Shown: positions 35,297-45,240, counted from the first letter of the stretch. The stretch: DNA of 63,259 bases from Nitrospirota bacterium (GCA_016201765.1 JACQCE010000084.1:1-63259); one strand, 5' to 3'. Made by a program: numbers and translations. Notes: a model not told the origin generated them from the sequence alone.

Positions 35297-36696
35297 TCCC
35301 ACGGCGCCTCCGCCGCCCGCACCACCCATCCCGCCGCAGACGGATGAGCGGCGCAATGGCCTTGCTTGCGGCGCTGGGGCTGGCCCTGCTCGTGGTCGCC
35401 CCTCCATCGGCGCAGGCCGCGGCCATCAAACCCGTCCGCTGGGTCACCAAATCGGGCATCGATGTGCTCTTTGTCGAACGTCACTCGCTGCCCACGGTGC
35501 ATCTGCAATTGCTGATCAAGGCCGGCGGGGCGCTTGATCCGAAGGGCCGGGAAGGCACCGCCAACCTGGCGGCCTCACTGCTCGATGAGGGCACCGACAG
35601 CCGCTCCTCCCAGCAGATCGCCGAGGCGGTTGATTTCATCGGCGCGTCGCTGTCGGCCAGCGCCAGCCCCGAATCCACCGTGATTTCGCTGAACGTGCTG
35701 AAAAAAGATCTCAAGGCCGGCATGGAGCTCTTCAGCGACGTGCTGCTGCACCCCGCCTTTCCCGAGGAGGAATTGAAGCGGGTGCGTCAGCAGATCATCG
35801 GCGGCCTGATCGCGGAGGAGGATGAGCCCGAAGCCGTCGCCCACAAGGCCTGGCAGGAGCTGGTCTACGGCACGCATCCCTTTCATCATCCAACCGAAGG
35901 CTATCGCGAATCGCTCCCCGCGATCACGCGCGAGGAGCTGATCGCGTTCCATCACCGCTACTATCAGCCCCGGCTGGCGATCGTGGCCGTGGTCGGCGAC
36001 CTGACGCGGAAAGAGGTGGAACGGCTGCTGGCCGATCATCTGGGCCAGTGGAAGAACAGCGATCAGCAGGCGCCCCCGACGGTGCCCGCACCGAACCCGA
36101 CGGCGCCGCAGACCAAACTGATCGACAAGGAGCTGACCCAGTCGACGATCATCCTGGGCCACCTGGGCCTCTCCCGCAACCACCCGGACTATTACGCCGT
36201 CAGCGTGATGAATTACATCCTGGGCGGCGGGGGCTTTTCCTCGCGTTTGATGAAGCAGATCCGGGACAATCAGGGGCTGGTCTACGGCCTCTCCAGCGGC
36301 TTTCACGCCATGAAGGCGGGCGGCAGCTTCTCAATCGACCTGCAGACGAAGAATGCCACGGCCAATCAGGCGCTCGCCGAAACGATGAAGGTGATCGGAC
36401 AGTTTCAGGCCGACGGCGCGACCCAGCAGGAGCTGGACGAGGCCAAGGCCTACCTGATCGGCAGTTTTCCGCTGCGAATGGACACCAATGCCAAGCTGGT
36501 CGGGCTGCTGACCAGTCTGGAATTTTACAATCTCGGCCTGGGCTATCTGAACGACTATCCCAAGAAGATCGCCGCCGTCACGCTGGCGGACGTCAAACGC
36601 GTCGCCGCGCGCTACATCCGCCCGGATCAGATGACAATGGTCGTGGTCGCCAAACAGTCGGAGGCCAAGATCGCCTCGCCCAAGGGGGGATCATGA
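35293..36696 (+). CDS. M16-family peptidase (non-catalytic partner subunit)
   Basis: M16 fold pattern without HxxEH. ATGA overlap with the preceding gene. Signal peptide ALLAALGLALLVVAPPSAQA. Confidence 0.8.
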   Translation: MIPRRLRRPHHPSRRRRMSGAMALLAALGLALLVVAPPSAQAAAIKPVRWVTKSGIDVLFVERHSLPTVHLQLLIKAGGALDPKGREGTANLAASLLDEGTDSRSSQQIAEAVDFIGASLSASASPESTVISLNVLKKDLKAGMELFSDVLLHPAFPEEELKRVRQQIIGGLIAEEDEPEAVAHKAWQELVYGTHPFHHPTEGYRESLPAITREELIAFHHRYYQPRLAIVAVVGDLTRKEVERLLADHLGQWKNSDQQAPPTVPAPNPTAPQTKLIDKELTQSTIILGHLGLSRNHPDYYAVSVMNYILGGGGFSSRLMKQIRDNQGLVYGLSSGFHAMKAGGSFSIDLQTKNATANQALAETMKVIGQFQADGATQQELDEAKAYLIGSFPLRMDTNAKLVGLLTSLEFYNLGLGYLNDYPKKIAAVTLADVKRVAARYIRPDQMTMVVVAKQSEAKIASPKGGS

Positions 36697-37517
36697 TCAC
36701 CCTGTCACAGGAACGTTCGGAGAGTCCGGCCTATCAGAGACTGCTGGCGCAGCTGCGCGAGTTCGATTCGGTCCTCGTCGCCTTCTCCGGCGGCGTGGAC
36801 AGCGCGCTGCTGCTGCGCGTGGCCCATGACCTGCTGGGCGACCGGGCCGCCGCGGCCACCGCCACGTCGCCCACCTATCCGGCCGAACAACTGGCGCGCG
36901 CCACGGCGCTGGCCGCCGGGATCGGGAGCCGTCACATTGTGTTCGCCTCCCGCCAGATGGAGCGCGCGCCGTTCGTTGACAACCATCGTGATCGTTGCTT
37001 CCATTGCAAGGACGAGCTGTACGAACAACTGGCCCGCGTGGCGGCCGACGAGGGCTATGCCGTCGTAATCGACGGCACCAACTCGGATGATCTCGGCGAT
37101 GTCCGGCCGGGCATCGCCGCGGCCCGCCGCTGGGGCGTGAAGAGCCCGCTGGCGGAAGCGGGGCTGACCAAGCAGGCCATTCGCGCGCTGAGCCGGTCCC
37201 TCCAGCTCCCCACGTGGGACCAGCCCGCCTCCCCCTGTCTCTCCTCGCGGTTTCCCTATGGAACGACGATCACCCCCGAGCGGCTGCGCCGGGTGGAAGA
37301 GGCCGAGGAACGGCTGCACGCGCACGGCCTCCGGGAAGTGCGCGTCCGCTACCACGGCGACATCGCCCGGATCGAGATGGCCGCGGAGGACTGGGCCCGT
37401 TTCACCGAAACCCCGGAGCTGCGCCGTCGCATTGCCGACGCCCTGCACGACGCGGGATTTCGGTACGCCACCATCGATCTGGATGGCTATCGACAAGGAG
37501 AGTTCAATGCGCGCTGA
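36693..37517 (+). CDS. larE: LarE-like ATP-dependent sulfur transferase (PP-loop ATP pyrophosphatase)
   Basis: PP-loop VAFSGGVDSALLL, plus DGTNSDD and PCLSSRFPYG motifs. ATGA overlap with the upstream stop. Confidence 0.75.
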   Translation: MITLSQERSESPAYQRLLAQLREFDSVLVAFSGGVDSALLLRVAHDLLGDRAAAATATSPTYPAEQLARATALAAGIGSRHIVFASRQMERAPFVDNHRDRCFHCKDELYEQLARVAADEGYAVVIDGTNSDDLGDVRPGIAAARRWGVKSPLAEAGLTKQAIRALSRSLQLPTWDQPASPCLSSRFPYGTTITPERLRRVEEAEERLHAHGLREVRVRYHGDIARIEMAAEDWARFTETPELRRRIADALHDAGFRYATIDLDGYRQGEFNAR

Positions 37518-38328
37518 ATCGTCCACCATGTCCGCCGGCGCCCCGTTCCTCCGTGCGCTGGGGCTGACCGCCGCTCTCGGCCTTTCGCTGCCGGCATTCG
37601 TATGTGCCGCCCCGCCCCCGCCCGCCGGGCCCGCACCAGGAAAAGACGCCAAGACCGAAGCGCCGCCCGACAAGCCCGCTCCATCATCCGAACCGGCCGC
37701 GCCGGCGCCGTCCGACAAGCCGCTGCCGGCCTTCCCTGATCTGACCGGGGCCTTTACCTCCAAGTCGATCCTGAGGTCAGTCGTACAAAATTTCACCGGC
37801 ACACTCAAACGGCACGGACGGAAGATTTATCTGGAGGAGGAATCGACCTCCAGCGGACCGGTCGGCTATAACGAATACTTCGTCTATGATCTGGACAAGA
37901 ACATGCTGTACCGGCTCCTGAGGGACGAGCAGATCTACTTTGAAACGCCGCTGTCGATCGAGCAGCGGGTGGAGGCGATCCGCAAGGGGTGGGTGCCGGC
38001 CGAGGGGCCGTTTACGTTCGGCAACGTCACGGTCACCCTTTCATCCCGGGACATTCCCCTGCGACCCGACACCATTGATAAACGGAACGTCGAACTCCGG
38101 CTCAGGGAAATCACAGCCGAGATTCCGGCCATCGGCACCGTGCCGGCCCGAACCGTCAGGTACTATACGTTTGTCTGGTTGGATCCGGCGCTGACCCTGC
38201 CGGTGAGGATTTCCTACGGCGCCAACAACACCCATTCAATCGTGGAATACCGGGACATTGCGACCCAGTCGGTTGATGCGTCGCTCTTCGACATTCCGAA
38301 AAACTACGTCAACCTGACGCCCTATTAA
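37507..38328 (+). CDS. secreted hypothetical protein (Pro/Ala-rich linker plus beta-rich domain)
   Basis: Signal peptide FLRALGLTAALGLSLPAFVCA and a low-complexity PAPxxP stretch, then a globular domain. No family recognised. Confidence 0.55.
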   Translation: MRAESSTMSAGAPFLRALGLTAALGLSLPAFVCAAPPPPAGPAPGKDAKTEAPPDKPAPSSEPAAPAPSDKPLPAFPDLTGAFTSKSILRSVVQNFTGTLKRHGRKIYLEEESTSSGPVGYNEYFVYDLDKNMLYRLLRDEQIYFETPLSIEQRVEAIRKGWVPAEGPFTFGNVTVTLSSRDIPLRPDTIDKRNVELRLREITAEIPAIGTVPARTVRYYTFVWLDPALTLPVRISYGANNTHSIVEYRDIATQSVDASLFDIPKNYVNLTPY

Positions 38329-38368
38329 TGCACCGAAGCCGATCGATGCATCGATCGGCTTCGGTGCA
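38329..38368. terminator. 40-nt perfect palindrome (bidirectional terminator candidate)
   Basis: TGCACCGAAGCCGATCGATGCATCGATCGGCTTCGGTGCA begins at the third base of the stop codon of the 37507-38328 gene. Confidence 0.6.
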
Positions 38369-38439
38369 ATCTGCGGTCTGAACGTTCAATGGCCGCAGTG
38401 TATCAGGCGGTGGGTCAAAACCCGGCGGGAGCGCCGGGC

Positions 38440-38952
38440 TTACTGCCGTCTGGACCACCCCGACTGCGCGGCCGCCAGCGCCTCTTCGATCAACCGTTTG
38501 TCGTCCTCAGCCGTCAGCCGGCGGGACAAAATCTGCTCCGCCACCGCCATGACCAGGTCGACGGTTTCAGCCCGAAGCTCATCGCGCAGCCGGCCCCGTT
38601 CGCGCGCCATTTCCTCCTGCGCGTCCCGCACCATCGCCGTCGCCTGCTGCTCGGCCCGTTTCTGACTTTCATCCGCCTGGCGCTGCGCCTGGCGCCGGGC
38701 TTCCTCCAAAATCGCCTGGGCCTCGGCCTGGGCCTGCTTGAGCCGCCGCTCATAATCGGCCAACCGGGCCTCGGAATCGCGCCGCGCCTGCTCCGCCCGG
38801 TCCAGATCCTCCTTGATCTTCCGTTCCCGCTGCGCGAGCATGTCAAGAATCGGCGGCAACCCGAATTTGTACAACCCCGCCATCAGAATGGTGAAGGAAA
38901 TCACGCTCCAGAAGGTCAGCGAGACGAAAAAACTGGTGTCGAACTGCGGCAT
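38440..38952 (-). CDS. atpF: F-type ATP synthase subunit b-like protein (orphan)
   Basis: N-terminal TM and LPPILDMLAQRERKIKEDLDRAEQ followed by a long charged helix, the subunit b architecture. No other atp genes in the window. Confidence 0.7.
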   Translation of the reverse strand: MPQFDTSFFVSLTFWSVISFTILMAGLYKFGLPPILDMLAQRERKIKEDLDRAEQARRDSEARLADYERRLKQAQAEAQAILEEARRQAQRQADESQKRAEQQATAMVRDAQEEMARERGRLRDELRAETVDLVMAVAEQILSRRLTAEDDKRLIEEALAAAQSGWSRRQ

Positions 38953-39033
38953 GGCCCTGCTCCCCTATTCCTTGGTGATCAAGATCAAAAAAACCGGCGG
39001 CATCTAATCAAATCGGGGCCGGCTTGTCAAGCT

Positions 39034-39115
39034 ATAAAGGGGACAGGCTACTTTTTAGCTCGCTGCGATTGAAGTGTTATGCCACCTACTCGAAAAAGTA
39101 GCCTGTCCCCTTTAT
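39034..39115. repeat. 23-bp perfect inverted repeat with 36-nt spacer
   Basis: ATAAAGGGGACAGGCTACTTTTT (39034-39056) and AAAAAGTAGCCTGTCCCCTTTAT (39093-39115). The right arm contains the stop codon of the upstream gene. Confidence 0.85.
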
Positions 39116-41994
39116 TCCCAGGCCTCATCGATGAGCTGCGCCACATGCTTGACCTCGGCCCGCCCCTTCAGGCCGGTGGCCAGCTGCATCATGCAGGCGG
39201 GACAACTGGTCGCCACGACCGACGCCCCGCTTTGCTCGACCGCCTCCGCCTTGCGCGAAAAGATCCGGCGGGCCATTGACGCCTGTTTGACCAAAAACGT
39301 CCCGGCGCCGCCGGCGCACCGGTCGGCATCGGCCATTTCCACGTACCGGGCGCCCGGCAACCGGCGCAGCAGTGTGCGCGGCGCCTCGCCGGCGCCGGCC
39401 GCCCGCAAATGGCAGGAAGCGTGGTAGGTCACCACCCGTTCCGATCCGCCGGACGCAGCCGGCCTGGCCGTCAGGGGCAGCGGCCCGTGTGCGGCCTGAT
39501 GCTCGGCGAGATACTCGCTGATATGGCGCACACGCCGGCTCAAATGAGCCGCCCGCTCCCGCCACGCCGGATCGTCAAACAGCCCGGCATAATCCTTGAG
39601 CTTGAACGTGCAGGAGGCGCAGCCGGTGACCACCGTTTCGAATCGGAGCAGGGATTCCAAATTTTCCTGGGCATAGCGGCGGACCAACTCCCGGTGGCCG
39701 TAGGTTTCAATCGGCGTGCCGGAACAGCGCTGTCGTGGCAGGACGACCGTGGCGCTTGTCCGGCGCAGCAGCCGGATCACCGCGTCGCCGACGCCATCCT
39801 GAAAATAATTGGCCGCGCAGCCGTGAAAGTAAGCGACGGCGCCCTTGCCCGGTCCCACCCCGCCTTCCTCGGTCAGAGCGCGATGCCGTTCCCGGAGTAA
39901 ACGCCGGGCAAATCGTGGCAGGGCGATCGCTGGTGAGAGGCGCGCCTCCGGCCCCAACCCGCGCAGCCACGGCCGCGTCAGTCTGTCGATCACCCATCGA
40001 CCCGGTGGATGATCCCATAACGGCTGGCTCCAGCCGAGCAGCTTGATCGCCGGTTCGAACAACTCCGGCCGATCCAGCCACCGGAAGATTTGGCCGGCCC
40101 TTGGATTGGGCCGTTCCGAGCGCCGCTGCAGGACCACTTCCGAGACGTCGATGCCGGCCGGGCAGACGGTCCGGCACGATTTGCAATTCAGGCAGGCGTC
40201 CACCACCCGCTGCGCCGTTTCATACCGATAGTCCGGCGCCGTGAGAATGTGATACCAGCCGCGCGCCGCGTTCGATTCCTCGCGCTCGACGTCATACACC
40301 GGGCAGACGGCATTGCACTTGCCGCAGGTGGCGCACGGCTTGGCAAACCGCGCGGCATCGAGATGGGCCGTCAACGGAGCCTCACTCAATTTTACGCCGG
40401 GATTGAGCAGCCCCGTCGGATCGATCAGCCGCTTGATCTCGGTGAACAACCGATAGAGCTCCTCCCCATAGTACGCGCGAACGAACCCCGCCCGGACCCG
40501 GCCGTCGCCGTGCTCGCCGCAGATCGACCCGCCGAACCGTTCGATCACGGTCGTATGAATCTCCTTCGCCAGCCGGACCATCGTCTCCACATCGGCCGGC
40601 GCGTTCAGATCGAGGAGCGGATTGACGTGGGCGTTGCCGTTGCCGATGTGGCCGTAGATCGCCACCGCCACGCCGCGCTCATCGAACAACCGGCGCAGAT
40701 AGCCGATCAGTTCCGGCAGCCGGTCGGGCGCGACGACCACGTCATCGGCGAAGTTGATCGGCTTTTTCTTCGCGTCGTACCGGTAGAGCGTCGGATAGAT
40801 CGCCTTTCTCGCCGCCCAGAGCGCGGCCTGTGCGTCCGGCTCCGTGGCAATTCGCGGCGGCTCGCTCAATCGATACCGGCCGGCGACGGCCAAAAGCGCG
40901 GCCGGACGCGCAGCCAGTTCCCCATCATCAAACTCCACAAGGAGCATCGCCTGCGAGCCGGCCGGGACCTGATAGTGGGCGCGGCCGATCAGATCGAGCG
41001 TATAACCGTCCAGCATCTCCAGCGCCGAAGGGCCGAGCGCCAGCAGGTCATTGACCGCATGGCCGACCTCGTCCAGTCGCTCGAAGAACAACAGCGCCGT
41101 CACCGTCCGTTCGGGGCGCGGCACCAGTTGCAGCGTCGCCTCCAGCGTCACGCCCAGCGTGCCCTCGCTGCCGATGAAGAGCTGGTGCAGATCCAAGCGC
41201 CCGTGCGCCAGGCCGTCGGCCAACGCAAACAGATTGTAGCCGGTTGAGTTTTTGCTGACCGTCGGCCGTTTGGAGTTGATCAGATCGCGGTGCTCGCGCA
41301 CCAGCCGAATCAATTCGGCCACCCACGGCTGCGCCTCGATCAGACGGGCCAGCTCGATCCCGTCGAGTTGGTAACTCTTGGCCGTCAATCGGCCGCCGTC
41401 GGCCAGGATCACCTGCATCGCGATGGTATTGTCTTTGACGGCGCCGTATTTGAGCGTGTGAGGTCCCGCGGAATTGTTCGCCAGCATCCCGCCGAGTTTG
41501 CACATCTCGCCGCTGGACGGATCGGGCGCAAACCAGAGACCGGAGGCGGCCAGGTGCCGGTTCAACTCGGCATAGACCATCCCCGGCTCGACCCTGACCC
41601 GGCGCCGTTCGGCATCAATCTCCAGCAGCCGCCGCATCCGCGAAGTATCGAGAATGATCCCCTCGCCGATCGCGCTACCTGTCAGATTCGTCCCGCCGCT
41701 CCGCGCCGTCACCGAAACCCCGTGCTCGCGCGCCGCGGCCAGAATCGCCGCCACATCCTCGGCTGACTCGGGGAGCGTAATGACACACGGCGTCAGCTTA
41801 TAAATGCTCGCATCAATTGAATAGGCCGTCCGGGCGGGCTCATCATCCAGCACCTTGGCGGCGCCGAGACGAGAACGCAGAGTGTCGATCAACAGGCGGT
41901 CGGTTTGGAGCGGAGTGCTGGAGGGGGCCGTCACAATGCGGCCATTATAGCAGCCGGTTCCCATCCGCTCAATGCGCGGTTGCCTCTCCCCCAA
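39112..41994 (-). CDS. FAD-binding oxidase fused to 4Fe-4S and CCG (cysteine-rich) domains (YdiJ/GlcD-GlcF-like)
   Basis: FAD_binding_4 pattern (RSGGTNLTGSAIGEGIILD), ferredoxin motifs CATCGKCNAVCP and CLNCKSCRTVCP, and two CCG-like repeats at the C-terminus. Confidence 0.8.
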   Translation of the reverse strand: MGERQPRIERMGTGCYNGRIVTAPSSTPLQTDRLLIDTLRSRLGAAKVLDDEPARTAYSIDASIYKLTPCVITLPESAEDVAAILAAAREHGVSVTARSGGTNLTGSAIGEGIILDTSRMRRLLEIDAERRRVRVEPGMVYAELNRHLAASGLWFAPDPSSGEMCKLGGMLANNSAGPHTLKYGAVKDNTIAMQVILADGGRLTAKSYQLDGIELARLIEAQPWVAELIRLVREHRDLINSKRPTVSKNSTGYNLFALADGLAHGRLDLHQLFIGSEGTLGVTLEATLQLVPRPERTVTALLFFERLDEVGHAVNDLLALGPSALEMLDGYTLDLIGRAHYQVPAGSQAMLLVEFDDGELAARPAALLAVAGRYRLSEPPRIATEPDAQAALWAARKAIYPTLYRYDAKKKPINFADDVVVAPDRLPELIGYLRRLFDERGVAVAIYGHIGNGNAHVNPLLDLNAPADVETMVRLAKEIHTTVIERFGGSICGEHGDGRVRAGFVRAYYGEELYRLFTEIKRLIDPTGLLNPGVKLSEAPLTAHLDAARFAKPCATCGKCNAVCPVYDVEREESNAARGWYHILTAPDYRYETAQRVVDACLNCKSCRTVCPAGIDVSEVVLQRRSERPNPRAGQIFRWLDRPELFEPAIKLLGWSQPLWDHPPGRWVIDRLTRPWLRGLGPEARLSPAIALPRFARRLLRERHRALTEEGGVGPGKGAVAYFHGCAANYFQDGVGDAVIRLLRRTSATVVLPRQRCSGTPIETYGHRELVRRYAQENLESLLRFETVVTGCASCTFKLKDYAGLFDDPAWRERAAHLSRRVRHISEYLAEHQAAHGPLPLTARPAASGGSERVVTYHASCHLRAAGAGEAPRTLLRRLPGARYVEMADADRCAGGAGTFLVKQASMARRIFSRKAEAVEQSGASVVATSCPACMMQLATGLKGRAEVKHVAQLIDEAWE

Positions 41995-42064
41995 AAGAGA
42001 ATTGACTCTTCACCGCCGGATGCGATAACGTTTTTGAATCGAGGGGAGAAAAGGGGTTATCGCG

Positions 42065-43237
42065 ATGAAAGTGAGAACACCGTGGTTGAGCGTCGTGGTT
42101 GTTGCATTTTCTTTGCTGCTGATCTGGGGCTGCGGCAGCGGGGGCACGGGAACATTGAGCGTCTCCATGACCGATGCCAGCCCCTGCGGCTTTGATCAGG
42201 TCAACGTGACCGTGTCCAGTGTTCGTGTTCATGAAAGTGCCACGGCAAATGAGAACGATGCGGGCTGGAGTGAGATCACGTTGTCCCCTCCTCAAAAGAT
42301 CAATCTGACCGCCCTGACGAACGGGGTATTGGCAGAGCTCGGGCAGACCGCCCTGCCGGCCGGCCATTACACCCAGCTCCGGCTGGTGCTGGTCCCCAAC
42401 AGTCCAAGTGAGCCGCTGAACAACTCCGTCGTGCCGACAGGGGGCTCCGAGGTTCCCCTTGAGACGCCCAGCGCCGTGCAGAGCGGAGTGAAACTCATTC
42501 ATGAATTTGATGTCGCCGCCGACACGCTGGTAGATCTGGTGCTGGATTTTGACGCCTGCCGGTCCATCGTCGCAAAGGGCAATGGCGGGTATCTCCTCAA
42601 ACCGGTCATTTCGGTCATCCCGACCATCGTCAGCGGCCAGATCGCCGGTGTGGTGGATCCGGCGCTATCCGGCTCAAATCCGGTGGTCTATGCCGAGCAG
42701 GACGGGCACGTGGTCAAATCCACCATCCCCGATGAGAACGGGAACTTCGTGCTGTCTCCCCTTCAAGAGAGCTCCACGGCCGGGGATTACGACGTCGTGA
42801 TCACCGCCGATGCCCACGTCACGGCGGCGATTCACTCGGTCCCTGTGACAGCCCAAGCCGCCACCACGGTCAGCACCAGCGGCGCACCGATCCAGTTGGA
42901 CGGGTCGACCACCCACTCCGTGAGCGGGACCGTCTTGCCCGTGAGTGCAGAAGCCTTGCTGCGCGCAACGCAGACCTTCTCGTCGGGCCCCGCCATCGAG
43001 GTTCGATCCGTTTCGGCCACTCTTTCGGACGGCTCCTATGTGATGACCCTGCCGACGGGCGACCCGTTGCTGGGAGACTTTGGCGGTGGAAGTCTGCCGA
43101 TTACGCTGACCGCCGATTCATCGATTGCCGGAAAATATGATTTGGAAGCTTCAGCCGTGGGATATCAGACCCAGAGCGTGCCGATTGACATCAGCAGCGG
43201 TGATATAACCAACCAGAATTTTACCCTAACACCGTAA
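42065..43237 (+). CDS. DUF4382-like lipoprotein with Ig/carboxypeptidase-regulatory-like repeats
   Basis: Signal peptide ending in a Cys (LLIWGCGSGG). LSVSMTDASP...VNVTVSSVRVH...LPAGHYTQLRLVL pattern. Confidence 0.6.
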   Translation: MKVRTPWLSVVVVAFSLLLIWGCGSGGTGTLSVSMTDASPCGFDQVNVTVSSVRVHESATANENDAGWSEITLSPPQKINLTALTNGVLAELGQTALPAGHYTQLRLVLVPNSPSEPLNNSVVPTGGSEVPLETPSAVQSGVKLIHEFDVAADTLVDLVLDFDACRSIVAKGNGGYLLKPVISVIPTIVSGQIAGVVDPALSGSNPVVYAEQDGHVVKSTIPDENGNFVLSPLQESSTAGDYDVVITADAHVTAAIHSVPVTAQAATTVSTSGAPIQLDGSTTHSVSGTVLPVSAEALLRATQTFSSGPAIEVRSVSATLSDGSYVMTLPTGDPLLGDFGGGSLPITLTADSSIAGKYDLEASAVGYQTQSVPIDISSGDITNQNFTLTP

Positions 43238-43258
43238 CAACCCTATAAGCTGTCTATA

Positions 43259-43292
43259 GATGACCCCGGGCGCAAGCCCGGGGTCATCTTCT
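43259..43292 (+). terminator. rho-independent terminator
   Basis: GATGACCCCGGGC-GCAA-GCCCGGGGTCATC followed by TTCT. Confidence 0.7.
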
Positions 43293-43416
43293 GGCCCTTA
43301 CTGGCAGGCGCACCTATAGTAGAATAGTAGAAACCCACGGGCAGAGCCGTCGAAGCGGAAACGCCAGCCGACACACCACAAACAACTTAAAATATTACAG
43401 GCTTTCATGGGGAAGA

Positions 43417-43491
43417 TGGTGGGCGATGCTGGTATCGAACCAGCGACCTCTTGCGTGTGAAGCAAGCGCTCTACCACTGAGCTAATCGCCC
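43417..43491 (-). tRNA. tRNA-Val (anticodon CAC), CCA encoded
   Basis: Manual cloverleaf: GGGCGAT TA GCTC AGTGGTA GAGC G CTTGC TTCACAC GCAAG AGGTC GCTGG TTCGATA CCAGC ATCGCCC A CCA. Confidence 0.9.
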
Positions 43492-43512
43492 GATCAGAAA
43501 CGTGACCGGGGC

Positions 43513-43541
43513 AGTATACCGCGCGTGGAATCTCTCGTCAA
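43513..43541 (-). promoter_or_regulatory. sigma70 consensus promoter of tRNA-Val
   Basis: Minus strand reads TTGACG-17 nt-TATACT, 21 nt upstream of the tRNA 5' end. Confidence 0.6.
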
Positions 43542-43548
43542 CGCATGC

Positions 43549-45240
43549 TCAGTGTGATCTGCTATAGAGGCTGCCGTCTTTTTCCAACGGATGGCGATCG
43601 AGTTTAGACTCCATAGCCTTGGAGATATCCAGCGTCATAAGAAAATCTGTTAGTTTATCCAGTGACGCGGAGTCCAGTTTGCTGATGAAGTCAGGCATCA
43701 AGCTCTTTCCCCCCGGTGACATCGGCTCGAATCCCTGCACAATAAACGCACTGGGAACCATAATCGACTCCATGATGTACTCCCTTGGTGTCTTTGCATG
43801 GGCTTTGCCGGCTTTCACAACCGCCTGATACTCCGGAGAGGCAATCCGCTGAGCAGCGCTCGTACCGCTCACCAATAACGGGCCGATTGCACCCATCCTG
43901 GCAAAGCTTACCTCTGGTATTTTATGACACGCAGCACATCCTAGCTTTGTAATGATCTGAACAGCCGAATCATCTGGTCCTATCGTCAGGTTTTTATCTT
44001 GCCGGGCCTGGTTCGTTAGAGGTAGATACACCCGTTCGGCCGGTAGAATAAACTTCTCATAGGCGGCCTGCATGACGCGAATGGGCGGCGGCTGTTGCCC
44101 ATCGTAAACATATAACCATCTGTTTACCAAAATCATTTCGCTGATCGTCAAGCTGATCGGGGGCCTATTAATTGTCGCGTAGGGACTTTCCCGATCATTG
44201 GTGCCTTTCACACCGAATCCCGGCACCACATAGCACGACGTGCAGACATTCGATTCCGCCAAATACTCCATGGCTGTCGTGGCCCGGCCGCTGCCCTGAA
44301 ACGCCTCGGTCTGTATGGTATCGGGATGCAGATACCCCGGTTCTTTAATCCGCGTGGCTGCCCGCTTGATGATGCCAGACAAATTTGGCGCCCGGTCACC
44401 GATATCAGTCGGTTTGAAGGTATGACAAAGAGGACATTGCCCTTTGCCAATCCCCCGTCCCGCTAAACCGGCTGACCCAAAAATAAGATACTCACCGGCT
44501 TTGACCAACTCCGCTTCTGACATTGATTCAAGTTTTGTCATCATCAAATCGGCATCGCCACCAACAGAGGCGGCACGATCAAGCTCATAAGAGTCTTTTA
44601 TCTCATTTGTTCTATCGACGATTTGAAGCAATGATTGTTCAGCTCCCAGACGAACACTGATGTCATCATCTTTTAGTGCGGAGACGAGTGGTCGGATTCG
44701 AGGGTCTCTCAACTGCCCCAGCGCTTCGGCAGCATGTAGGCGAACACCAACTGAGTAATCAGACAGCATGCCGATGATCAAATTGATCACGCGGTAATCA
44801 TCAAACCAAACCAACGCATCAATGGCTTCCCGACGAACAGCTGAGTCCTCGTCCTTTAAAACCAACATCAAGGGATCGATGGCCTGCTCCTTCTTGATCC
44901 GACCCAATGCCCGAGCAGCCAGCAAACGGACCCGAGAATCCCTGTCCTTCAGTGCATGGATGAGCAGTTTCACCGTTCGATCATCCGGCATTTCGGTCAA
45001 CGCGGCCACGGCAGTGGTTGCGACATCCGAATTCCCATCTTTGAGGGTGGCAATCAGCGGCTTTACAGCACGCGGATCCTTTAACTGATATAGCGTGACA
45101 ACAGCGAGGCGACGAGTTTCAGGATTGGCACTCTTTAAGTCAGACAACGCCGATTGAAGATCTCCCGCAACACCTTCAGCGGTACCGCCCAGACCACCAA
45201 CCAGTATGAGACACAATCCAACCAGGTAGCGGATTTTCAT
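43549..45240 (-). CDS. HEAT-repeat protein fused to a di-haem c-type cytochrome domain (secreted)
   Basis: Signal peptide. About six PBS-lyase/HEAT repeats (DPRAVKPLIATLKD..., RVRLLAARALGRI...). Two CxxCH motifs (CPLCH, CAACH). GAGGTGA Shine-Dalgarno 5 nt before the ATG. G+C is visibly lower than in the flanks. Confidence 0.75.
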   Translation of the reverse strand: MKIRYLVGLCLILVGGLGGTAEGVAGDLQSALSDLKSANPETRRLAVVTLYQLKDPRAVKPLIATLKDGNSDVATTAVAALTEMPDDRTVKLLIHALKDRDSRVRLLAARALGRIKKEQAIDPLMLVLKDEDSAVRREAIDALVWFDDYRVINLIIGMLSDYSVGVRLHAAEALGQLRDPRIRPLVSALKDDDISVRLGAEQSLLQIVDRTNEIKDSYELDRAASVGGDADLMMTKLESMSEAELVKAGEYLIFGSAGLAGRGIGKGQCPLCHTFKPTDIGDRAPNLSGIIKRAATRIKEPGYLHPDTIQTEAFQGSGRATTAMEYLAESNVCTSCYVVPGFGVKGTNDRESPYATINRPPISLTISEMILVNRWLYVYDGQQPPPIRVMQAAYEKFILPAERVYLPLTNQARQDKNLTIGPDDSAVQIITKLGCAACHKIPEVSFARMGAIGPLLVSGTSAAQRIASPEYQAVVKAGKAHAKTPREYIMESIMVPSAFIVQGFEPMSPGGKSLMPDFISKLDSASLDKLTDFLMTLDISKAMESKLDRHPLEKDGSLYSRSH

